64,000 nucleotides of DNA, taken from assembly GCA_002189035.1 (NCBI GenBank), contig CM007991.1, positions 434,001 to 498,000 on the forward strand, in the 5' to 3' direction. The translations under genes and the position numbers were made by a program. Positions 23,694-34,201 of the stretch are shown here, one piece after another (the stretch's first letter is position 1; every line of letters starts with the position of its first letter). Below the pieces are notes generated by a model. It did not search any database, was not told where the DNA came from, and was given only the letters and a program-made list of their open reading frames with translations. Source of the DNA: Utricularia gibba (lineage: Eukaryota > Plantae > Magnoliophyta).

Positions 23694-26220
23694 TTATCTT
23701 CCTGCAAGTGACACGTCATCATCGTCCTTTGCAGGGTCATGTCTAATTTCTTGTAGTCTCTGAAGGAGTTGCGGGGCGTCGGGCCTGGCTGACGGGGACG
23801 GGTCAACACAATGAAGAGCGAGCTTCAATGTGTTCAGGAGCTCGTCTCCGATGCTGGGGGCGTCGGTTATCAGTTCCACGTCGAACACTTCATGGGTCCA
23901 CTCCTCCTTCACTATGGATGCAACTCTCTGGGGAAGGTCGAGGCCGTCGGAGGAATCGCTTGGTGATTTTCCGGTCAAAAGCTCCAACAGTATCACACCG
24001 AGGCTGAAAACGTCAGTTTTGGTGTTTGCAGGTGCACTCTTGGGTTTTGCAAGTTCAGGGGCTCGGTATCCCGTCGTTCCCGATGTGGCCGGAGCATCCG
24101 TCGCCGCTGTAGTCGTCATTAGTCGGCTGATGCCGGCGTCTGCGACCTTCGGAGTGTATGTTTCATCAAGAAAGATGGTGCTGGAAGTCAGATTGCCATG
24201 CACTATGCTTTCTTGGGTGTGAAGATGGCTAAGTGCTCTTGCTATTCCTATTGCTATGTTCATTCTTGTTGGCCAGCCGATGATGGTTTCAGGCCCTCTA
24301 GCTGCATAAATGAAAGGCATTTGAGGTTACCCATCATAAGAAAATGGCTAAATTCATAAGCAAGCTGCAGCAGTTACCATGAAGGAACGAAGCAAGGCTT
24401 CCATTAGGCATGTAATCGTAGACAAGGAGCTTCTCTCCTTTTGGTCCGAGGTAATATGCTCGGAGGGCCAATATGTTGGGATGTCGAATCTTTCCGAGCT
24501 GAGCAACTTCGGTTTCGAATTCCCTCTGTGGCTTCGTCAGCCTCTCTCTCAGTCTTTTGACAGCAACATTGTTGTTGTCCTCCATTGTTGCCTTGTAAGC
24601 TGTCCCATAAGCACTCTTCCCTGTTATTTCTGCGGTTGCGCATAACAAGTCATCTGCTGTGAACACTAATGGGCCATCAAAATGTACCAACTTCCCCCCA
24701 GATTCGCCGCCGGATTCAACTTCAGTTGCGACTGCCGCCACAGGCTTCAGGTTTCGCCCAACGACCCTCCCTCTTCTCCCAGTTCTGAGCTTCCTCCTGA
24801 TCAGGCAGCAGAGAAGCACACAACAAGCAACTAGCAGGAGGATTAGAAGAGCACCGGCTGATATGAGAACAATGTCTTTCGCACTCAATTTTCGGTTTTT
24901 ATGAGCTTTGCTTTCCCTTGGAGGAGGGGAAGTTATATTTGCCGCAGCAGAAGAGCAGGTGTTTGAGCTACTATATCCGCAGAGCAAGGAGTTCCCAGTG
25001 AAAGAACTCGAGGTAAATCTGAGTGCCAGAATGGATGGAACCTGTCCTGAGAGATTGTTGAAGGAAAGATCAAGAAAAGAGAGGTTTTGCAAGTTCACTA
25101 AGGACTCTGGTATCTCTCCTGTCAAATTGTTCCGAGACAAATCAAGTGAAGCAATGCTGCTGATGTTTCCCAACGCATCCGGAATCGGACCCCGGAATTT
25201 GTTGCCACTCAAGTCTAGAACTGAAAGACTGGTTAAATTCCCAAGAGAAACAGGGATTTCATACTCAAGATTGTTGCTTTCCAGGTTCATAATCTTCAGG
25301 GAGGAGAGCTTCGATAAACTTTCAGGCAATCTACCAGAAATTGCATTGTTTGACAAATCAAGAAAACTGAGTTGGGAAAGATTACCCAAATCGTCAGGTA
25401 GACTTCCCACTATAGAATTATGTCCCAATTTGAGCTCTTGCAGCATTGCCAGTCTTGTAAGAGTAGACGGGATTTTCCCAGACAGAAGGTTATGATCCAC
25501 CACCAAAGACTGAAGCTTGTAAGCAACATCACCAGGTTTGCTACCCCATTCATCAGGCATTGAACCGGAGATATTGTTGTGCTGAAGGGCGAGAAAACTA
25601 AGAGATGGAGACTGAGAGAAACTAACCGGAATAGGCCCCGAAATTGCATTAAAGCTTAAATTAAGCTTATACAATCTAGTGGAATTCGCAAGACTCGGAG
25701 GAATAAAGCCGGTCAGAAGATTGTTACTGAGATCAAGCGTTTGAAGAACAGGACATTCACCGATCGATGGCGGAATCGACCCTGACAGGCGGTTGTTGAA
25801 CAGATACACACCTCTAAGATTATGCAGGCGTCCCAGAGATTCAGGAACCGGGCCCTGGAGAAAGTTATCATGGAGACTAAGTCTTCTGAGATATCTAAGC
25901 CGGCCAATGCTATCCGAAATTCGGCCGCCGAAGCCTTTCCAGGGAAGCTGCACAACAGCAACATGACCATTCACGCATTTGACCCCAACCCATCCAGAGC
26001 ACACCAAAGCAGCAGAATCATTCCCATTCCACCCCCTCAATACCCCTCTGAGGTCAACAAATTCGTTTTTCAAAGCTAGCAACGCATGAAACTCAGAGGC
26101 AGCGACGGCGGATTCGTTGCGATTCTCACTTGATGCAAGAAACGGTAGCAAGGGCAAGCAGATAAAGAGGCGGACCCAAGAAATTCGAATTGGGGAATGA
26201 AGATGAAACCCATTACCCAT
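23694..26220 (-). CDS. IMK2: LRR receptor-like kinase, LRR-III, IMK2/IMK3-like, 2 exons
   Basis: Exon 1 26220-24378 (signal peptide, [14 protein letters not shown], many LxxLxLxxNxLSGxIP repeats, [25 protein letters not shown]), 76-nt intron 24377-24302, exon 2 24301-23694 ([40 protein letters not shown]). Confidence 0.93.
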
Positions 26221-26355
26221 GACCAAGATGAGCAGTCAGCAGTAGAAGCAAAGCGCAAGTCAGGGGGAGATGGAAGAAGACGCCGAGTGAGCGAGGATGA
26301 TGACGAACAACAACAATAAAGAAGATCCAGGGGGGAGGCTGTGTTAATTGTGCGT

Positions 26356-26422
26356 AACGGCTAGTTTAGTTTAGAAGCAGCAGTTGCCTGTGCCCGTTGT
26401 GGGATGATTGACGCTGCAACGG
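26356..26422. promoter_or_regulatory. Cluster of three MSA-like (AACGG) MYB3R-binding cores upstream of the IMK2-like gene
   Basis: AACGGCTAG at 26356 and again at 26418, CCGTT at 26394-26398, all 136-202 bp upstream of the ATG. Confidence 0.55.
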
Positions 26423-26960
26423 CTAGAAATTATGGCGTCCGGTGGTTGGACTGTTGCGGTCTGTGGGTCCACCCAGGTGGACAGTTGACACCTATGCATT
26501 ATTTATTACTAAATAATACTAAAATATTGCCATACTAAAAAAATATCATTTCCCAAAAAAGTAAGTACAATATAAATATAGTATATAAAAAATACATTTT
26601 TGTTTCAATATAATTTAAAGAGTAAATAAAAAAGTTACGTTGATAATTAATTCATATTATTTATTACCCAATCAAAATTTAATATATATTATTTAAGATA
26701 ATGCAACATTTACATATTATCAAAAAAAAACTTTAAAATTTACGGTGGTGAAAGCCATTTTTTGTAATCTACTGTCTGTTCATGTAGACTTGGCATTACG
26801 AGAAACTGATCCCTGCGATGGGGAACTGGTATCAGCCCTCCTCCCCTTTGTTTATTCAATCACCAGGATTCTCTGTACACGTTTGGGTGTTGTTTCAGCA
26901 ATAGCAACTCCATCATCCTCCTAAGGATTCCGCCACAGCAGTCCCTGAGGCAGACCTTCC

Positions 26961-29646
26961 TTATTCAATGGACTCATGAGCTGACTGAAGCTTCCAGCTT
27001 TTTGGATCTAACTCAGCCTGCCAAGATGGAGAAATCGATTTCAGTGGGGGGCAAGAAAGGGACCGATCTTGTCGCGAATGGGGATGGGGGGGGGGGGGGG
27101 GGGGGGTACCTGAAAACTCTTGTCTCTCCACTGGATGGAGCAGCCACGGGCCTCTAGGTGTTCCAGGAGAAGCTGTGGCAACAGTGGTTTGAAAAATGAG
27201 TGGAGCTTTACTTTAGTCAGTCCTCCACATGCCAAGAGTCCGGCGGCTACTCCGCCGGGGGACAAGCCGTCGACATGGAGGGCTGTCATGCTCTGCAGAC
27301 AGTTGATGCTCGCGAGTGATAACAGCCCCACGTCCGTCACAGAGGTATAAGACATGTTTATCTACAACAGCCGTTTCTTCATCAGCAGGTTTATGTGATT
27401 TAAGAGCACAAAGGAGGTAGCTGAAAATCGCTAACCTGCTTGAGGTTTAGAGAGAAATGGGCCAGGGGAATCATTCCTGCATCGTCGATGTTGCGGCACT
27501 TCTTCACATCCAGCTTCGAGAGTTGCTTGCAACCGACGGCTATTGCTGCTAGACCCAAGGATGTGATCAGGGGACACCCACGGCATTCCAAAGTTTTCAG
27601 CTTGGAGCACTTGGACAATGACATCAAGGAGGAATCCGAAATGGAGCTACAATAGGACATGTTGATGGCTTCCAGGTCGGGGGAGCCATGCGCGATGCAC
27701 AAAACACTAACATCGGTTATCCCAGCGGATCTGAAGATATAAGAGAGTTATGTTATGGACAAGCCTGTTGTCCAGAAAAAGAGAGCGTTTGTGTAAAGCC
27801 ACCTGTACAAGTCCAGCTCTTTAAGCTTTGAACACCTCAAGCCAATATGGATAAGCCCACCATCAGTTATGTTGATGCATATTCCCAGCTTCAGGCTCAA
27901 CAGCTGTGAGCAGCAGGAGATCGATTTCAAGCCTGTGAATGTGATGCATGTTCAGCACAAGAGTGTTGCAGCTTCAAACAAGGTTGAGGTGAGCAGTTGT
28001 TAGCTTAGTTACCTTCATCATCTATGTCATTATCCGTGAGATCAAGCTCCTCGAGCAAACGACATCTTTGCCCGATCAACACAAATGCTTCAGCTGAAAC
28101 CGAGGTGCAGGATTCCATCTTCAGAGAGACGAGAGAGTTGCAAGAATTTGTAATGTGCGCAAGTGAAACATGTGTTATTCTCCTGCAGCAGGTGATGTCT
28201 AGACTCCTCAAATTTCGGTGCTTTGCCACGATTGAAGCGAGCCCCTCATCCGAGACACCCACGGACTTGCTTAAGCTGAGATGGGACAGTGAAACACACC
28301 CGTTTCCAATGGCTTTCAGCCCTGTGCATGTGACATGGCAGCCATCCAGTTTTATAGATTGTAACATAGGAAGCTTCTTCAAGCCATCAGCAAGAGCAAG
28401 ATCCACCTGAAACAACAGAACAACGTGAGACAAGTTCAGGAAAGTAGAAACAGTCAAAAGGGAATCAAAGTAGTAGGGAACTCACACGAGAGCCATGCGA
28501 CAGGACAAGCTGTCGGAGACCTTTAGCAGCAGTTGTTAGAGAGGATAATCCCTTGTAACTTATATTCCCACAGCTTGACATATCAAGAGTCTGATGACAG
28601 CACACCATCCGTCAACATTTTTGAGGAAAGACCAGAAAAATACATATGCTTGTAACACTACAAGAAGTACCTCCAGAGAAGTGCACCCGAGTTTGAGAGC
28701 TGCAAGGCCATCGTCATCAAGACCAAAGCATCCTTCGAGTATCAGCTGCTCAAGGTGTTGCAATTCCATCACCTTTGTTAAACACTTGTTTGTAATCTGA
28801 TGAAATAGAGCAACAGATCTGTTACTCCAAAGCATAAACCCCATGCGTTATAGCACATACTACAGAAATTCATTGAAAGAGCAATATCATGAATCGTAGA
28901 CGCCAAGAACAGAAAATCAAGCACCAGATATCACAAAATGCGATAGGGTTTTCTAAATGGAGCAGAGAGGGAAACTTTTATACGAAGGAGAGATGTTCTA
29001 CCGGCAAATAGGAGAGATCCAAGAAGCGTATGTCCTTGCACTTGACTGCGATCAATTCCACTCCTAAATCTCCAACACCCAAACACCATTTCAAGCTAAG
29101 GAGTTTCAGCTTCCTACAGCCCACCGCGATACATCCAATCCCAATATCAGTTATAGATTTACACCTGATCAACCACAACTTTTCCAACTGTTTGGCCTCC
29201 GCAATAGCCGCGGCCGCTGTATCCTTAAGCTCCGTAGCGTTGGATAGATCAATTTCGACCAAATTGTAGCAATTCATCACCAGATTTGACAACCCCAGAT
29301 GAGAAAAGAAATTGGGTCTTGATAAGTTGATGGAAGTTAACATTCCTTTACAGAAAGCAGATATAATATCAAGCGAAGCATCGGTTACTCGAGGACAATA
29401 TGACAGATCAAGAGTGGAGACATGAGGGTATCTCTTCAGAACCCTCGTCAAATGTTCAGATGAAAGAGGCTTCAAAAACTTCCGATGATGAGACTCAACA
29501 GCGTAAAATGACTTGCAGACAAGAGAAAACGACTTCTTATCAATTGGGTTTTCGTTCAAAAAATCAAGTATCACAAAGACAATCTCTTCCGACAAAAGAT
29601 CGAAGGGGCTGAAGCCAGATTCCAAAACTCGTTTCTGCTTCTTCAT
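26961..29646 (-). CDS. FBL3: F-box/LRR-repeat protein, FBL3-like, 8 exons, frame intact
   Basis: MKKQK...PFDLLSEEIVFVILDFL...KSFSLVCKSFY (F-box), then many Cys-containing AMN1-type LRRs (ITDIGIGCIAVGCRKLK, LEELDLTDNDIDDEG). Last exon AELDPKSWKLQSAHESIE* ends at 26961. Confidence 0.92.
27086..27106 (+). repeat. G21 homopolymer (C21 in the FBL3 pre-mRNA, 3 nt after the last splice donor)
   Basis: Read directly; the intron runs 27109-27018. Confidence 0.9.
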
Positions 29647-31564
29647 CGCCGCAGACTCGATCAATCCCCGGTTCACAACCTGCCTACGCCTTAGAACCAA
29701 ATGGAAAAGATTTGGGGGAAATTCTACGAGCCTAATACCAGGAAAAAGAAAGCTAGACACGAGAATACGGAGACGCTGCAAAAACTGGCAGTAACAGTTA
29801 ACAGAAGATCACTGGCTGGATGTCGAGTAGTTGAAACTTGAGAGAGGAAGGCGCGTTGATTGCAGATGTGGGGGAGAGCATATGCGGTGAAGACGAAGAA
29901 ACACGTTGAAGTTACCAAAACACCCTCACGATATTCCAAGTACAACTCAACATACGGCTCCGTTCATACTTCCGCTTCACTTCTTATCCACAAAATTTTT
30001 TCAAAAAAATTCCCATTTTTGTTCTTTTCTGAATCTACTATAAATCTATAAATAATTTTACAATGCTTTCATCATTAAAAAAATAAAATTAGAAGAATTC
30101 AATATAGTCATCAAATTTTTTTTAAATAACCAAAATAAATTAAAAATTAATATATAAAATCAAATAAAAAAATTATTTGAAATTCTTTTTTCCCAAATTC
30201 CAAGGTAGTCTTTGCCGGGGACTGGATAGTAAATTCACATGGGGAAGAATGCGTACGGTAAAGGACGGATGCGCGGAAAGGGTAGTTTGGGAACGAAAAG
30301 GTCAAGCTCCGTTCAACGTACCCGTCGGCGGCATCCGGTGGAGTGGATACCCTGGGGAGGAGATGAAATGCCTAATAAAAACAAAAAAAAAAAAGGTAAT
30401 TAATAATAATAATTATTAGTGAATGAATCGAAATTGTGCTCTTTCGGCGCACTACAATTTGGGGAAGAATTTTAAAAAAGATGACGCGACTGGTAAAATG
30501 CCGAACCCAAGTGCCGTACCCATGTACTGCCTTCCCCGTGTACCCTGGCCGGAAGGGACCACGGAGCCCACGAAAACGACGTCGCCTCTTGGAATTGAAA
30601 GGGTCAGTGAATCCCATGGATTTTCAATGAATTTTATTTAATTCCATTGATTTCTTACAGCAATGCCTGGACAGGCTACTCCCAAGACCCACTCCATTCT
30701 TCTTATCATCTTTTTTTGTCAATCGTTTCGATGTGTAGAGAGTTCTAGAGAATTGTTTCCCACACCATGATGATGGAGTTTGTGAAATTGACTCCTAAAC
30801 CCTAAATATGAACATTTGTACATTCTATTTTATTCATTAAATTAAAAAAATTACATTACCAATGATCACTATTCTCAAAAAGATGGTTAAATTTATAATA
30901 CATCAAGACTTTTGAACTATAGTCCATCTAACAAGAAAGCAGATAGATGTATTAAATTGATTCTTCTCTTGAAGTCTTGAATAAATAAATAAATTAAATT
31001 TTAATTTAAGTTATTCTAAAAAATAATTTTATTATCAAATACATAAGACATGTTTTAAAAAATAAAAATTTAGGATTTTTTTAAGAAGAATAGAGAGACC
31101 AAACTTAAAAATGGTTATCTCGAAAAATAATTTTGGAAGATTAAAATTGTAAGCTTGTATTGATGAACTTGATAAGTTTGTACGTGACGTCAGCCCTTTT
31201 GCAGACGAGGGGAGGAGGGATTCGGGGAAATTTTTTTTGTTATGAAAGAAAATAATAAATAATAAATGTGAAATTCAAGAAAATATGATTTGTTTTTGGG
31301 GAAAAGGGCTCATTATTTATTGTGGCGGATTCGCGAATAAGCAGATTATTATTGAATAATTAATGCAATGTTGCTCTGTCCATCGGGACAGCTCATGCTT
31401 AGGCTGTTGCAACCTCCTCCGACGATAACCCAACTTGGTTTCACCTGTATTCTCATCTCCATCTGCAACTCTGCAGCAAGCAAAAAGGGAACAAGGAAGG
31501 AAATCTCTTCTTGTTTCTGTGATTTTGAGTTCAATCTGGGTCCTGGAGCTGCTTTGGGTCTTGG

Positions 31565-33648
31565 ATGTCGTTGAATAACGAAGATATTCCGAGGAGGAAT
31601 CGTCGCCCTCCGTTGGGGACATCCGCCGCCGAAACGAGGAATTCCTCGGATCGGAGGCTTCTACACTCTCTCTTTGTTCTTTCTCAGGCGATCGCGTCCT
31701 TCGAGCCGCTGAGGATTCTTCTTCTGAGGAAGATTTCATCCTCCGTTATCAGAAAAGCTCTCCTGTTTTCGATTGTCTTCGAGGAGCTCCTCCTTCGAGA
31801 TTCTCCGGTAATTTTTTTCCTCCAGTTGCGTCGCTTTGTTTTGAGGAGTTGTACATCGTGTTGCAAAGAATTAGGACTCTTCTAGAGGAGTGCTGTGCTG
31901 GGAGCAGGCTCTGGTCGTTGATGCAAGTCCCGTTAATTTCGAATTCTTTTCGTCAATTGGTTGGGGAATTGTTTACGCTTGTTGATGTGTTTCCTGCTAA
32001 GGAGCTTGATTTGAATGAGGATGTGAAGGAATTGGTGAATTTGATTCGAAGGCAGTGTTCGGAGAAATATACTGCTGCCATCTGGGATGCAGATGATTTG
32101 AATCTCAGAAATGAGGTTGTGAAAATGCTGGAGAATGTCACGAGAGGCATTGTTCCTAATCACAGCAAGCTTTCGGAAATATTCAGGAGATTGAATCTGA
32201 CCGACTCCGCAAGTTGCATCGACGAGATTCAGAATCTGGAAAAAGAGGTTCATAACCAGCAACAAGATCAGTCAACGACTTCCCTCATCGGACTCGTTCG
32301 CTACGCAAAGTGCGTTTTATACAGCGGCGGGGGTGTACCCTCGAATTCAACTCCTCGGCGGCAGTTATCGGCGTCGGAGGTCAACATACCAGCAGATTTC
32401 CGTTGTCCGGTTTCTTTAGATCTGATGAGGGATCCGGTGGTGGTATCCACAGGGCATACATACGACAGGTCGTCAATAAGCTCGTGGATCCAATCAGGAC
32501 ACCCCACGTGTCCGAAAACTGGTCAGGTCTTGGCCCACACGCAGCTCATCCCCAACTTGGCGTTGAAAAATTTGATCGCCATCTGGTGCCGCGATCAAGA
32601 AATCCCGTTAGAGTATCCCGTCAAGCAGCAGAAGAACAATGCTGTGGCAGTTACTTCGCCGAACAGGACGGCGTTGGAAGCCACGAGGATGACGGTCTCC
32701 TTCCTCGTCGGCAACTTAGCGGTGCAATCGCAGACGCCGGAGTTAACCGATCGCTTGGTATACGAGCTCCGCGTGTTGTCGAAGACGGATTCCAATAGCC
32801 GAGCGTGCATAGCTGAAGCTGGAGCATTGCCATTGCTTGCCAAATTCATGGGGTCAGAGCACCCCGACCTCCAAATCAATGCGGTGACCACAATTCTCAA
32901 TGTTTCCATTCTTGAAGCCAACAAAACGAGGATCATGGAGACTGACGGAGTTCTAAACGCCGTCGTGGAGGTTCTGAGAACAGGGGCCACTTGGGAAGCA
33001 AAGGGAAATGCGGCAGCCACCATATTTAGCTTGTCGGGAGTACAGGCATATCGAAAGAAGTTGGGCAAGAAGACGCGTATCGTTAAGGCATTGCTTCATT
33101 TGGCGAGATCCGGACCCGCAAACTCCAGAAGGGACGCCCTGATTGCAATTCTGAATCTGGCCGGAGACAGAGAAGCGGCGGCAAAGTTGATCGACGCTGG
33201 CGTCATGGATGTCATCAGCGGCGTGATGGATTCGCTCGCGGAGGAGGCGGTAACAATTCTCGAAACCCTAGTGAAGCGTGGTGGATTAGCAGCAATCTCA
33301 GCTGCTCACGAGTGCAAGATGATGGACAAGTTGATCAAAGTGATGAGAGACGGCTCCGATCGAGCCAAGGAAGGTGCCACCGCCACGCTGGTGACACTCT
33401 GCCGTAAAGGGGGATCGGAAATGACGGCACAGATGGCGGCGGTGGCCGGAATCGAGAGTCTAATTTGGGAAACAATGGGTTCAGGTACTGGTAGGGCCAG
33501 GATGAAAGCCGCTTCACTGTTGCGGATTCTGCGAAGATGGGCAGCGGGGCTTGTTCTGGACATTCCAAACGCCCCCGCAGTGGATGATGACTCGACAGCA
33601 ACACTGACCCACGTGGTGACCACAACGAGGATAGTATTGCCTGCCTGA
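31565..33648 (+). CDS. PUB16: U-box/ARM E3 ubiquitin ligase PUB16-like (PUB16/17/18/19 class), intronless; one apparent -1 frameshift at T7 31812-31818
   Basis: UND domain start MSLNNEDIPRRNRRP...SVIRKALLFSIVFEELLL in the 31565 frame continues as SLCFEELYIVLQRIRTLL in the 31849 frame. U-box IPADFRCPVSLDLMRDPVVVSTGHTYDRSSI...CPKTGQ...LIPNLALKNLI, followed by ARM repeats. Confidence 0.92.
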
Positions 33649-34201
33649 TGTGATCGAGAAACACAGGGATCCACGAAGCCCTTCAACAAGGCACAGGATC
33701 CTTCTTTTGGGAGGCGTGACGTGTTCTCCAAACGATTCATTCGTTGAGCGAATTGGAAATCACCAATTCTTTAAACTGAAACGTGGTGGCTTCAGATTTG
33801 ACACCAGTATCAACTCTTTGTGGATGTACGGATACATCATCGCAAATGTGGTTGGTTAGTCAATCACTGGTACACTGCTAATGTATCTACACATTTCGTA
33901 TCGGGCCGTTTCCATGCATTCGGTAACACCCGGTCGAACCCATTAGACCCGCTAGTGCTTCAACGGTCAGATTCCGGATGGAGACCAGGTTCTAAGATTT
34001 TATTAAAGTTTAATTATTTTAAAATAGAAAAAAAATGAATATCAAATAATTATTTACGCAAGCCATTTGCTATTTATCCATAATTTAAAACATTGACATA
34101 ATTGGATGCCTAGTAAAATAACTTGAAAAAAAAAAAAAAATAGAGAATGACGGATTCTGTTTTGTGTGCATATGCCATTGATCCATTCAAAGCCGATGAA
34201 T

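Noticed and set aside
30522-30549. ATGTACTGCCTTCCCCGTGTACCCTGGC resembles miR408
   Set aside because: Needs a multi-nucleotide insertion and mismatches; no star strand found.
31808-31825. GTAATTTTTTTCCTCCAG as a mini-intron fixing the PUB16 frameshift
   Set aside because: 18 nt is too short for a plant intron and, being a multiple of 3, would not change frame.
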